Source: Setoptus koraiensis | Lineage: Eukaryota; Animalia; Arthropoda | Reading direction: 5' to 3' | Length of the DNA: 64,000 bases | Assembly (NCBI GenBank): GCA_048013815.1 | Contig: CM106585.1 | Coordinates: 868,001-932,000, forward strand | Program-made: the position numbers and the translations under genes | Notes under the pieces: model-generated | Told to the model about the DNA's origin: nothing | Database searches by the model: none | The model's input: only the letters and a program-made list of their open reading frames with translations | Part shown: positions 1 through 14,400 of the stretch, in pieces | Numbering within the stretch: position 1 is the first letter of the stretch | Layout of the letters: every line of letters begins with the position of its first letter

Positions 1-1259
1 TTTCACAAGTCAGTTAGATGTCGATTAATAATGCCAATTGATGAAGTTTTGAATTTCATATTTTGAAAAAAAGCGCAAACTGATATGAAATGATCAGACT
101 GACCGATTTAGAGCGGCAAGCAGGTGAACGGGGCGACCAATTCGAACATTCTGAACTCACAGAAACGGGCCGCGGATGTTTTCGCCGCACCGATTGTGTT
201 TTGCTCAACAAGAATGGGCAGAATAAAGCGACAGAATAAACTTGATATGATCGCAATCAACTGACACCTAGGCACGCAGTAAAGTTGTAAATGAAACGAC
301 GAGATTTTTGTTCGCGAGATCACGTTTGTCTAAACACGTTTAGATGATGCTAGATGACAGAGATAATGATGGCGCATTTTAGTTGTTGTGTCGATTGTAG
401 CCATGCGATAAGAGCAAAAAATAGAGCAGCTTTCTGGTGGCAGCTCGAATCGATGCAGCACCAGCTATCACAAAGCAGACAGAGTGGAAGTGGGTGCCAT
501 ACAGGGAAATAGGGAGAGAGAGAGAGAGGGAGACTGAGGGGAAATTGAATAGTAGAGGAGGCTGATGATATTAAGCAAGTTACTTAATTAAGTGGCTAGA
601 TTGGCTTGCCGATTGTGAGCTCTGACTTGGCATCATCACTGTCTGACTGGCTATTTATAACTTGCACTGGGTGTCGCGCGTCACGTTGCTGAGAGAGGAG
701 CGTCATTAGCGGGCCGTTATGTAACCGACGCACAAAACGTAATCGAGTGACGGCTCAAAACACCGTTATTCGCCCACTCAAACTCTGGCGAGCCCACTCA
801 AACTCTGGCGAGCCGCCCCAAACCCAGCTGAACCTGGCCAGACACACACACAGGCACGGGTGTGTGTGTGTGTGTGTGCGGGGTGCTGTCAAGAAGGCAG
901 CGAGTTTAAGTTCATTTCCATAGATGATATATATCCGATTGAGTTTATCCAAGGGCCGAGTTTATGCGACCCGGCAAGCAGTGAAAACTTTTTCTGTCGA
1001 CTGGCACGCCGGTTGTTGTTGTGATGGTTGAGATGGGGCCCATTCACTAGCAATATCTCTGTCGCTGTCTGTTTGCTGCTCGGTTGCTAGTTGTCCGTCA
1101 CTTGGTGCTGGCGGGCCCCTCCGAAGCAATCCAATGCGACTCGCATTATGCCAGCCAATGCAATCTAATGCAGCCAGTTGCAGTAAATTAGATATGCTAT
1201 TTGTTTGGCTCATGTTGCTCAACTCATGTTGAAATTCATGCCAATTGCAAGAATTTGAG

Positions 1260-1295
<36 letters not shown>

Positions 1296-2995
1296 ATAAT
1301 CTGACAGAAACACACACACAAACAATATGATAATGAGCTGGCTATCCACAAGTATTATCAACTATAAACACTATTGTGTAACACTCACACTCTACACTAT
1401 CTGCCATTGAAATCTGTACTGCGAATAGTGATAACACCACTGATATAAATCTACTCTACGCTGTCAATCCAGTTACGTAACAACGCACGCGGTTGCGGGG
1501 GCGGGCGCGGGCCAAGGGTCAAACAGACATCTCGCCACTGGCGCTATCTCCGCTACTGGCCACTCAAAGCGATACCATCTCTCCCCCTCTCCCCTCTCTC
1601 TCTCTCTCGCTTGCCGCCGAGGGGGCCCCAAATTTATCACGGCAACAACAGATCTGTATCAACACAACACGCAGCACAACAGAAAATAGCTATTTACAGT
1701 TAGTCACAAGAGAGATTTCAATCATTCTGATAGCGAGCCCATTCTCGTAGTGGCATTGGCGGGATTAACAAGTGTTATGTTGCCAGCTTGTGGGGCCTTA
1801 ATTAGATCCACTGTGAGGCTGACTGGTGGAGAGTGCGGAAACTGTGATTTCACAATCACAACTGTTTGATTGTGCCAATTCAATTGCGCAAACGACAATC
1901 GCTTAACAGTTACAATACGCTCGATATTAATAGTTTGGACGCTTACGCTTAATTGGCATACACTCTACAGTTTGTATCAGCCAGTCTCAAGGATATAAAC
2001 ACTAGACGGATAAACGCACAACTGATATACACATGCAATACACATTGTGTATATACGTTGTGTATGTACGTTGTTTGTACTCATTGTAGATGCACTGACA
2101 GCGATTAACAATGGCACCATTTAATACGCACCACTGACTTGTGAATATTCTTATGAATACCATGATAGATTGTGTGCTCCTCATTTGCCTATTTCGTATA
2201 CACGATACTGTATGATACCGTATGATGCATCCCGACTAGCCAGCTCGAATATTCAGGTACGAGTTGAGCGCAAATCGTGAATAGTAAATGAGCTTGAATG
2301 TGGCCAGTGGGATTGCAAATTGTTTGCAATTGAATATTCACAGTCCGACGCAACCAATCTCATGTGGGGGCCCCCAGACCGGACACGCATCCTCTACTGG
2401 TGCGGGCCGAGAAAATTTCATTTGTCGGGACCAAACGTTCACTGACCGCAATGCTCAGCATGGGTCAAGCGAGCAACCTTTGAATGATCGAGTTTGGTTG
2501 CGACAATCTGCCACTTGGGCCTCTCTCAAACTATTGGCTCGAACGATTGGCTCGAACGATTGGCTCAAATGATTGGCTCAAATGATTTGGCTCCAAAAAT
2601 CATTGGCGATATCTGGTGCAGAGAGCGCGAATGAGCTCGACAGTGTGCAAGAATGTGTGTGGATGTGACACCGTTTGAGAGTAGCAGTGGCATCGAGTGA
2701 GTCCTATGGCCGATAATCTATTGAGGCCCGCGACAAATTGTGGCTCGCTTCTATCAATACCCTGGGGCAGCTTATTTTTGGAAACCATTAGCCTGTTTTG
2801 CTGCGTTGCCAGTGTGACCACCAAACATCAAATCAAACACCAAAACGAATAGCGTTGTTTGTGTGTTTACACACATTTCATGTTGTCCATGTTATATTCA
2901 TGTTTATAGAGGCCAATATAACAACAAGACATTGGCTACATGGGTAATGCGGCCGCGGGCTGCTTGACAAGTCGGCCGGTCAGCAACTGGCGACA

Positions 2996-3012
2996 CAACA
3001 ACAACAACACCG

Positions 3013-3109
<97 letters not shown>

Positions 3110-3110
3110 C
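2996..3110 (+). repeat. (CAA)n microsatellite, ~38 units
   Basis: Near-perfect CAA run read directly. Confidence 0.97.
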
Positions 3111-3850
3111 GCTTGTATGGGTAACAGCTGTTGTAATTAAACGTGACAACGCCAACAGCAACTAGAACAGATTGACATAGAGGCGCCCAAATGAGATATA
3201 TGTTGTTGTTGCATAATATGTGTGCGGTCTATGGTCAACAAGCATGCCCAGTAACAACAACAACAACGACAACAGCATATGGTGGGCGATGGTCAGCGTT
3301 TGCAGTCGTTTTCAATTAGGCTGCCAGCCATGAATCAGTGCTGCAAATGGGCAAAATGGGCCGCACGGCCAAAAGAGGCCAAACCGGTCAAACGGGCACC
3401 CGTTTGCCCGTTGGCCAATAATGACACTACTATCAAGTCGCCACTAATGTAACACAATGTAAATATGTCAAAATTGCTAATTGTCGAGCTGTTCCCACAA
3501 CAACAACAACACACACACACACACATACTGCAAGCAAGCTCGCCGCTGTGCTCGCAATCAGCTCGGAATCAGGCAAATGGATTATCATCAAATGGAAAGT
3601 GGAGAATTAGTTTAATTCGTAGGCTCCTTATGAATGCGATTGCGACTATTGGGGCCACTGGTGGCGCCCGTTTTGTCGGCAGCGGGCAACACGAGCTGGC
3701 TGGCACCACTGGCCCCAATGGCGGCAAATCAGGGCGCGTCGTCAGGAGAAGAAATGTCAATTTGTCAAATCTAATCATTCATTGAGCCGCACATGCCGCC
3801 ACAGCTGCCTCTCAAACAGCTCGCTGCCGGGAACTGGCTGTTGCGCAACA

Positions 3851-3922
3851 GCCCAATATCTAGCCCAATATCCAGCCTAATATCCAGCCTAATATCCAGC
3901 CTAATATCTGGCCTAATATCCA
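3851..3922 (+). repeat. 12-bp minisatellite GCCTAATATCCA x6
   Basis: Six consecutive units with 0-2 substitutions each. Confidence 0.93.
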
Positions 3923-6900
3923 GCAATCCTAATAGCCAGCAGGGCCGGCCAGCACCAGTAATTAGTTGCTTGGCCAGTTGGTTCGGACTAAGCTCGTTAG
4001 CGCGCTGAGCCGGCCACTCGAGTCGACGGCCTCATTTGAGCCGCTATTTGAGCTGTTGTTGTTGGCCGGTTGTTGTTGGCCGGTTGTTGCTGGCCGGTTG
4101 TTGCTGGCCGGTCGGGCCCCACGCAAAGGGCAACACAAAACTGGATCCAGCTAGCACACAAGCGAACAGCCAGAAATAAGGCGCTGACAATCGCGCACAA
4201 TTCATTCATTTGGCCAGCGAGCGCCTTCGTGACACCAACGAGATATTTATAAAGGCAACGAAAGGAGGCCAGTCCGACGAAATTCGACACTTGCTCGCCA
4301 TCGATTGGCCCACTGCAGACATGCGCGAGAAGGGCGTGACACTACAGTGGGACCGCAGTAGTGCCCCAGTAGTACCCGGCAGTACCCCAGTAGTGCTAGT
4401 ATTATACTGGCTAGTAGTTGGCAGTATTACCGCACTAGTTTGCCCACAACAAGTGTTGGGCCCATTCGATTGTGTGGGCCCCATTAGAGAGAAAGAGCAA
4501 GATTAATTGTTTCGTCTAGTTTCGTGTCGTGTCGTTTCTTTTTTTCTGCACGCGGCCGCTTTTTCTCTCACCAAACCTAACCAGACCAAACAACTGGCCA
4601 ATGGCTGGTTGGTGAGCATTGAAAATGGCCCTCGTTGAGCGTGAGTCGATACTTGACCAGTAACCGCTATAACCAAAACGCGAAATTTGAGGCGCCCAAA
4701 GCAGACACTGGAAGCCAGACAAAATACGTGCCCGTAAAAGTGTAGGTGGTATCAAATTGATTTGACGGCCAGCGCAAATGTGTCCGCTATTACATAGTAT
4801 TGTAATGAGTGGATGCGTTCGGATAAACCTAAACCAATTTATTCACTGATCAATATAGATACTGGCGCCTCATCCAGCCAGCTTATTCGCTACACAACAG
4901 AGTAGCCTGTCACACGGGCACTACCTACAATGGGCCCAATGACACTGCTGACTGTAGCTGGTCAGTGATTGGGGACACACAAACGCAATACAAAGTGAGT
5001 GGCTCGTTATATACATTCGATATACTTTGTTGCACTTTGTTATACAATGATGGGGCCACTTTGCAACTACACTCACCGCTGTGGATATCCGACTCGATGT
5101 GGCCCATTGTGCCGATGCCCATTTCAATTCGATGCCGTTTTCAGCGCATCTTTTGGGCACATTTGGGCTCTTTTGCGAGTGGCCAAGATCATCGAGCGGC
5201 ACACAGTCAATCAGGCAATAGAAAATATCGGTGGGTGTAATTTTCGGTTGGCACATTAACGATGACACGAAATGAGACAATTTCCATCGGCGATTTCGCC
5301 TCGGCGCGATTTACCTGACCTCGGCATGGCTGCATGTTTCGGGTTACAGTTTGGTGCATTATGGTTGCAGCTTGCAAGAAAAAGCTTTCCAAAAAGCGAG
5401 CCAAAACGAACCAAAAAGAAGCGCTACTAACGATGAGCGGGCTGCAACCAGAAAAAGCGTCTCTCGTTGTGGCTTCTTTTTCTCATCTATTTGCCATTTG
5501 CTCTTGTGCTGGCCGAACTTGAAACTACTCACACAATAGACGACAGTTGCAATGTTGGCTGCACTATCCAATATTTATCAGTTGGCATCTTTGTGCAACT
5601 TGTGAACTATTGTTTATCCATATGCAAACACATGTGGATGCGCATAGATAGTGATGCAATTCACCTGAGACTAAGTGTGCGCATTCACCTGTCAGTGTTG
5701 CACTCTTTGCCATTTGCATCCGGCTTCGTTGCTCTTGCTCGTGCTCGTGCTCGTGTTGTTGTTGGCTTGTCGTGGATAGGGAATAAACTGAGCTGCAGAA
5801 ATTCATTGCAATGTTTGTAGCGGCAGCCATGTCAGAATACACTGTTAGCGCACACTTGCGCTAAATGTGAATTGACCCATTTTTGGCCCATTTTTATTTT
5901 CTTTCCAGTTGATAATGATTTTCTCTCTTTTCTCTTATTTTCTTTTATTTTCTTTCTCTCCTTTTCTGTGTCGTGCCAACACACTCGCTTGCTCGAGTCG
6001 ATTTGTGTGATTCGCCAGCGAGCGAGCAAGATCAACACGCTAGCTGTTGACCTATCTCACTGGCTGGCTGGCTCATCTTTAGATTAGACGATATTAGCGC
6101 TCTCTTGAGGGGCCCGCCGATGGGCGAACGAGCGAACCAACAAAGAGTGTCGACACACACTGGCTCGTGGTGATTGTGATGGTGATCAGACTAGATAGGC
6201 GACAAAACTCGTTGCTGAGCAAACTTGAGCCGACCCCAAAATTAGCCAGCCAAGTGGCTTAGTTATGAGCTTAACTGGCGCAGTTTCGCAGCCTCCGATC
6301 ATAAGAGAGCCCCAGTTGCAGCGATAGAAAGACAATAATCAACTTTTTGTCGTGCCATCTCGCCCAATAGCTCACTGGCTGGCTGGCTGGCTGGCTGGCT
6401 GGCTCGACTGGCTCGGCTGCTTGTCTAGATGGCTGGTTGGCCGGTCAGTTGGTCGGTCGGTCGGTTGGCCGGCTGGCGAGTTAATTGAAGCGAAATGAAA
6501 ACAGTAAATTATACGGCCACGAGGGCTCCGTTTATCTGCCGTTATTGCCAGCCACTGCTGGCGCCTAGGCCATTCCATTCACTATAAAACTGAATAAAAA
6601 TGCCCTAGGTACTACTAGAGGACAAGCTTTGTTGGTTGGCGCCCATTGGTGCATTGGGGCACACGGTCTGTTGATACTATCAACTTGATAGGGCCAACTG
6701 GTTGTGCGAGCCGCCGATTGCCAGCCGGCAAACAACGATAATTACCAAAACAATCACGAAGCCAGCCTAACTGCATATGCCTAAACAGTGCACTATTTGT
6801 TTGATTGCTGCCATGTTTGATTGTAGGGGCCGTGGCTGGATGACCGGGCCGCACTGACCGACTTGCAATGGCCGCTTACTGGCCGCTTATTGCATTAATG

Positions 6901-8479
6901 GTTGCAGTAACGGGTAGACGGGTACACGCATTGCTGGTATTTTTGCCAGGTATCGGGCACACTCATTTGCCAGAATGTGGGCGCCAGACAGCGAGCAATA
7001 ATTAGTTCAATGTCGCGTGTATAACTGTCTATACTATTGTGCACTGTTGTGCACTGTTGTCCAGTGCTCATCACTGCTGACCAGTGCTGACCAGTGCTGA
7101 CCAGTCTTGTCCAGTGTTGTCATCGGGTCGCTTGTGCTTGAGCTCGCCAGCGACAAATACACGCCAAATTGACGACAAATGATAAAGGGACAAACGTTTT
7201 CTTGATGACCCAACACGCAGCAGCAGGTATCAATCGGACTGACTGGCACTGGCAGCAATTAGGTGTGCGTCAGATAAAAGATGGTCCAATGGTATCTAAC
7301 GGTAAGTTGCGTAATACCGTGCACACAGTGCATACAACAGTGCTGCAGTGTTGACTGTTTGGGCCAAGCACAAGATAACAGGTAGCCACGCATGACATTA
7401 TGAATAGTAATGATGGTGCAAATGCCATTAGGTTTATATGACAGATATGTACAGTTATTTGAGACAACATTGACAATTGCGAATGAGAGTTGTCAGAGTG
7501 AGGCATCACAATTGTTGTTGTCACCAATGTTGTTGTAACTGCCTACTCGAGTCACAGATGGCGCTCGCAAATCGTGTTGTATTGGTCAGTGGTAACTCGG
7601 AACCGGTTAGCTGCTTACTCACCTGATTGAGCCAGACATTGGTGGTCATCATTTGATTTTTCATATTCTGTGTAGTGTCATGAGCATTGCAATGTGTTGT
7701 TTAATTGTGATGAAGAGCGAGGGCGAGAGAGGGGAGAGAAAGGGAGACCGTGACACAAAGAGACAGGGAGACAAAGAGAAAGAGAAAGGGAGACGGAATG
7801 AGATTAGAGATTGATAATAATAGTAATGATAATGATATCAAGAGCTAGTTGCGTGTGCACGATTGGCTGGCTCACAGAGATACGAATCAATCAAACAAAA
7901 ACGCGAGCATCAGTGGACGGACCCGTGGGGGTAATAATTTTGATTGCGCCCAATTGAACAGTAAATCATTCTGTTATTTTCATTCATTAAAAAGTATGCC
8001 AAGAGATAATATAAGAGGATTAAGATTAACTTTTGCCAACTGGCCAACAGCAGTCAGTTCCAGTAGAGCCGGCACAAGGGCAACTGGCTGCCAATCTGGG
8101 TAGCGCGATCTGGGTAGCGCGATCTGGGTAGCAATTTGGGTAATTCATCTTTTGGCACGAGCCCAGATAGAGGCAGCAGCAGCAGCCTGCAAATTGCATT
8201 GCAACTGGCAGCTCGGTGAAGATAAGATAAAAGATATGGCGCACAGGTGAAGCTAGCTGGCAACATTGTTCATGGGTGACAGTGGCAGTGGCAGCGGATT
8301 GATATTAGCTGCAACAGCGGCGCCAACAATATTGGATACACAATATTTGTTTGTTTGTTTGAGAGCTGCTGCTTGCTCCCTTGCTCACCCGCCAGCCTGT
8401 ACAGTAACAGTGACAGTAACGGTAACAGTTACCCAATACAAACAAAGTTGCTTGTGTCATCAATGGAGCCGCTATATCG

Positions 8480-8607
8480 GAGGCCGCCTATCAGAGGCCG
8501 CCTATCCGAGGCCGCCTATCCGAGGCCGCCTATCCGAGGCCGCCTATCTGAGGCCGCCTATCTGAACCAGACTATCTGAGCCAGACTATCTGCGCCAGAC
8601 TGTATCT
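8480..8607 (+). repeat. 14-bp minisatellite GAGGCCGCCTATC(C/T/A) x6 plus 3 diverged GA(A/G)CCAGACTATCT-type units
   Basis: Units start at 8480, 8494, 8508, 8522, 8536, 8550, then 8564, 8578, 8592. Confidence 0.95.
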
Positions 8608-10890
8608 GAGGCAATTTTTGCCTAGCACTGTCACTGTCACTGTCAGCCTATGTGACCTGCCATTATCCAATAATATCCAGTCAGCAGGCAACTTTGTCTG
8701 TGGCAGCTCGGCCAGCTCGGCAAGCATGATGTGATTTTATTGGTGACATTGGTAGCAATGGGATTATTTGGGTAGCGTTAGTTGGCACTAGTTATGGCGC
8801 CACGATGAATCTATCACGTCAGATCGTCTATCGTCGGAGTCAGTGTCTGACGTGCGCTGGCAAGAGCTGTTTTGAGTGGCATCGAGAGTCTCTGATTGAG
8901 AGAAAACTGTTTCTCGGTGCACATTATTGTCATTTTCAATTGTTTCCGCTGCTAACAATTGCGCGCAATAACGACAAGCAACGGCAACACCGACAAGCCG
9001 AACAGAACCCAACTGAACCCAACCGAACCCAACCAAACCGAAAAGGTATGCTCGTCGATTTCGAAGGGCTGCTGGCAAGTTTCGCCAGTGTCGCACTCAT
9101 CCAAGTGTCGATGCTCGAGAGGCCCCCGTTAGAGCCACCAGCACACAAACAGCTGCCGTTGTGAGGCCGTGAGCAGCTGCCGTGTCAGGGGCCCCAGCCC
9201 CAGCCCCATCCACTTATACAAACACTACACAACAATAAAGCGCTTTATTATTGATACAAGTTTTTGCTTCGATGATCGGCTACAACTGGCGCTAGTTGCG
9301 TAATTGATGCCAGATTGTGCCCCTTCGTTCGTTCGGGTCATGGCGCCTCTCGAGACAGCCATGTCACCATTTGACGAAGCTCTCACTATCTGACAACAGT
9401 GCGCCAATCACAATTGCCCACAAGTGCACAGTATAGAGCCGGCTAGACGAGCCAGCTAAAACAAATGTGCTTTAGGCAAACTAATTATACTAATTATGTG
9501 ATTCAGACTATCAGACAAGTATGATTAATCTTTCTGATTAATGAGAATCGCTCTCTCCAAGTGTGTGGGTGTTGCACTATACATCGGTACGCATATCGGT
9601 TATATGATAGATATTTGAGCAAAATCAGCAGCAACATCATAACGTGTACAATGCGCTCGTGCGATAATGCTCGCCCGCCATTCCAATAATATGCATATAT
9701 CACGCTACAAATTGTTTTATAAATCACTTAACAATTCCCCTCACTAACGACGCCAGCAGTATTATTATGGCAAGTTAGTTTAGTCAATCAGTTGCCAGGA
9801 CTGGCGAGCTTGTGCGCCAGTTGACTCAATCCTAATCGAGTTCTAATTCTAAGCTGTTGTTGTCGCTGCTGTTGCTGTTGCTGTTGCCGTTGCTGTTATA
9901 TTAACATGATGATGATAATGGAAAAGATAGAGCGAGTGAGTTTTTTTAGCGCTTGTCAATTGTTTCCAATTACAATATCCTCGTTACTCCAGTTGGCCCA
10001 CATTACATAACGAGCTGCCAAGTCGCTGCCAGTGGCTGCTCGTGGCTGCTCATGGCTGCCAGTCGAGTAGTCTGGCTGCCAGTTGAAGGTCACCAGCCAT
10101 CCGGCCGACACTGCAGGCTTGTTAGAGATTTAGTGAGATATGCTCTAAACTGGCTGGCTGGCTGGCTGGCGAATCAATAGATTAGAAATGGGGGCCCCAC
10201 TTGAGTTTGCTCTAATTCACTCTCTTCACTCTGTGCCAGCCAGTCAGCCAACCAGTCAGCCAACCAGTCAGCCAGCCAGCCAGCCAGCCGGCCAACCAGC
10301 CAGCCAACCAGCCAGCCAGTGACTGCAAACTGCGGCAAACTCCGCCGACGCCAACGAGATGGATGGCGGATGAGATTGAGCGAACACACAGCCAGCCAGA
10401 CGCCGAGCAGTGGGGGCCCACCTGAGGGTTCGGCAAGCTCGTTGGGTTGTTGTTGTCGTCGTTTGCGATAAAGTCGATTATTCGCATCGATGATCACATT
10501 GTAGTCGGGCACGTTTTACGTGACTCGCTGCCTGCTATCTAGCCAGTGTACTCATTCTCTGGCGAGCTCTATCTCGGGCTTGCAACTGTCGCTGACACCC
10601 TCTACCGCCGCCAGCAACATCAGCGCCATGAGAGGTAGCGGCCTCCTCGGGCACTCGCTGGCACCTTTGACACAGGCAGCTTATAGAGAAAGTGTGTTTA
10701 AATAGTCTAGTTGTGAGTATCACTAGTCTGCTGACACTTTCTACCTCTAAGCTCCGACGCTGCAATCTATCCAGCCAGCTACTTTGACTAGCACCACTGG
10801 CGACTACTACTTGACTAGGTGCGCTTATCTCTCAATAAAGTATCCGCTTATCCTTTTAGAAAAGAAAAAGAAGTTGCAACATGCAGCAAT

Positions 10891-10954
10891 ATCTGATCGG
10901 ATCTGATCGGATCAGATCGGATCAGATCAGGGGAGATCAGATCAGATCAGATCA
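10891..10954 (+). repeat. (GATCA/GATCG)n pentamer microsatellite
   Basis: Direct reading. Confidence 0.9.
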
Positions 10955-11334
10955 AAACGTGTCCAATGCAATCGCGCGAGATCACAATGAACACACAGAT
11001 TAGACGAGATCGGATCGTATCGGATCGGATCAACTCAAACTCAGCGGACAGGTAACCACTTCTAGTAGTTGCCGCCAGGTGAGCGACATGCCTTTTTTCA
11101 TGCTGATTTTGAAAAAATTCTGGCCCCGTTTTTGCTGTTTGGTCAGCTCAAAAATGCACAATTGGATACTTTGCTGGCCATTTTGTTGTTGTTGTTGTTG
11201 TATCCAGTGGCTGCATTTTAGTGGACTGGATACAACTGGTTTGCTTGGCATGTGCACGCTGTGTCGCAACTCGTGTGACAAACACATCTTACTCATGTCC
11301 GGTCGCTAGATTTATTCGCGCCACTCACGTCGGC

Positions 11335-11420
11335 AACAGCAACGGCAACAACAGCAACAACAACAGCAGCAACAACAACAACGACAGCAGCAACAACAAC
11401 AACAACAACAACAACAACAT
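11335..11420 (+). repeat. Compound (CAA/CAG)n microsatellite
   Basis: Direct reading. Confidence 0.92.
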
Positions 11421-14400
11421 CGGCAATGGCGACATCAACGAGCACTGCCGACAAACAACTACAATATAATGGCAGAGAGAAACGGCGACTAGACAAATAG
11501 ATGGATATTCCTGCTTGCTGATTCCGCTGGTGAGGGTGGCGCTGTGGGTGCTTTGCATCAAATGTAAATGAGACTCGGCAAGCGCGAAACATTCCAATAT
11601 AAACAGCTAACAATATCTATCTAATATATTCAATCACATTGTTGCCAGCAACGATGAGGCGCCCACGACCAACAGAGATGATCTTATTTTTATACACCAT
11701 CTCATCTATTATGATATAGTTATAGCTGTGGCGACGTCAAATGAATACCTGCGCCACACGAGTTGCCAAGCTGCAGTTGTCGTCACTTTTTTGGGCGCCC
11801 ACATTCAATAAGATCGCTATCAGCATCCTACACACTGGCTGGCTGTGAGGCTGACTGTGAGGCTGGCGCTGCTGCTGGCGAAAATGCAGATGAAAAAATA
11901 TGTAAATATGTTTATTTTATATGTAATGGCGAGGCACAACGCGCTGGCAAACACAACACAACGTGATAACAACAAACAAAGTCAGTTTACCTTTAGCTTC
12001 AAGTTTTGTTCAAAATGTTTTAGGATTTTTGGGCCATCAATAGCAGCCAGGGATATGGTAGAAGCACGAGATAAGTCGCTTGGCCGTGCTTGCCAGGGCA
12101 ATTCTTTTGTGCGCGCCAAATTGTTTCCTTATATCCGAGACTCGGCTCGGGATTGAATTATCACTCGGTCAACAAATGCCTACACACACAAATCAAATCC
12201 GAGCCGCCGAGCCGCCGAGCCGATTCGCGCCCAGATATAACGCACACACTTGCCCAGATGATCTGAGCAAGTGAGTCGGATGAGTAAGTAAATAGCATCT
12301 TTTGTTTAGTGCCATCGGTCGGGCTAGACTGGTTCTTTCTTCGAAGCATCGCAGCATCGCCAAAGGTGGGCCCAGTGTTGCTCGCAATGCACAACACAAA
12401 CGGATAACGGAGCATCCCCAAGATTCATAATAGTATGAGTAGCTAAAATCGTGTTTGTTTGTTTACCAGGGAATAAGTTGAGCAAATGGCGTGTTTCGGT
12501 TGCACTTTGTCCATGCGATGTGTAGTTTCTTATCACTAAATCATTGCCAGCGATCACACACTGAATTAGATGAAGCCGGAAAAAATTAGACACACGACCA
12601 ACCGATAAACTGGCCATGCTCATTGAGCGACATTATCTCAATCTGATCAGATATAGCCTCGTTAGTGGCATATGCGCACATGAGGCCCCCGGCCGGCAAG
12701 CAACCACTTACGAGTTGAATTGGCACAGGATGCAACATGACACAAACGATAGGTAGCGAATCTATTATCTTCAATCTACCAGACAGACACAAATTTCGGC
12801 ATCGCCAATCATGTCATTTCTCACTCACACTTATACGCGCTTCTACACAACAGCGCCAACCAAATGAGGCCTTGTTTTCCAAACAAAAGCAACTCGTCCC
12901 CGTGCGAACCAATATCCATTTTTTCCCTTTCGTTCGGCTGATATTTGCCGAGACACTGTCACTTTATTCACAGTCTAAAGCTGAATTATTTGCATTCCCA
13001 AAATTGAAGATGCTGAACAACATTGGAGATTGAAATTCTTGCGCGACTTAAAGTGGGTCTGGCACCCTCTTTATGTCGTGCACCTTTGTTTATGTGAGCA
13101 CCTTTGTTCACTGCACTGTCTGGCTCAACATTTACAACGACTGAATCAATGAAAATATCTAAATTAGACGCCATTTCCAAGAAAAACAACTGCTCTCTTT
13201 GGCAGCAGACTTGCCTAGTTCTAGTCTCGTGCAATGCTTATCTTGAGAGTTTTTGTGCCATTAGACATCAGTTTGTGATCGATTTTTCGAAATTCTTCGC
13301 ACACAAGATGAGATCGCTTGATAAGAAGATGACAAGATTCAGACGAGATTCTCTGTGCATATGAGAAGCACTTCCGGGCCACAGGGGCAGATTTGTGTCG
13401 CCAGTAGTGGATCATTATTTTATGGACTTGTTAGATGCCGAGAGGGACGAATATCTTCATCGCTTGATCTTAAATGGTGCAAACGCATGTGCCATTGCAA
13501 TAGTTTTTGGGTCAGTGGCCGACCGGTCGAGCTAAGCGTCTGAAAAGTGATTTGCCGTTTTGTGAGACATTTCCAATCCAACAGGCGATAACATTGAGAA
13601 GATAAATCACGTTGATCGTGATAATCAGTTCTTTTTCACTTTATCGCAAATAGTCTATTTACTGATCTGAGCAGCAAATGATTCGGGCCAGTTGGGCATT
13701 GGCACGATCGGTATAGTATGAGAGAGGCGCCAATTGGAAAGTAGAGCACACGAGTTTAGTTGCAAAGTGCCCATCACCAAATAGAGGCGAGACGGGGCGA
13801 ATCTGTGGGTGGTCGTGGGCGAGAGATCAAAGTCTTCGAACTGGCCCCACAAACGCACTTTGGGGCCAGTTCGAAAAGGCCGTTAACGATGCTGGCTGGC
13901 GTGGGTATTCGGACGTTAGTTAGTTTTGTTGGTTGTAGCTAGAATCGGGCAGAAAAAGTGGGCGCCAGTGTTGACATGTGTGTAAAAACTAGGCCAGTGC
14001 AAAAAGTGTGGCCGATGTTCGAGGGGCCTGCTCGCCAGCAAGCCAGCGAAACAGCACCCACGGCGGGCTAGCATTGGGCTAGTGTTGGGCTAGTGATGGG
14101 GCGCCTGACGGTAGGGCGCGCATCTGATGACTGGCCGGTCAGCGAAAAGTGTAGCACTGCCACTCGATATAAACCATCAATATCGAGAGGCAGCAACATT
14201 AACATTAGCATGAGAGCGAAGGGAGATGATAAATGACAAATGATTCTTGGGGCCCGGCTTTGCGCCTCCGCCAGCGATGATCAAACAAGCCAACATTGCA
14301 ACAACAACATTTATGTTTGCGCTGATGCCAACGCACACTCAACGATGCAACATAGCGACATTTTGGATTCAAATAGAGCCGGCTCATGGCTCATGGGCCG

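Noticed and set aside
8480-8607. Short repeat arrays as CRISPR
   Set aside because: Units are contiguous with no unique spacers, there are no cas genes, and the context is eukaryotic.
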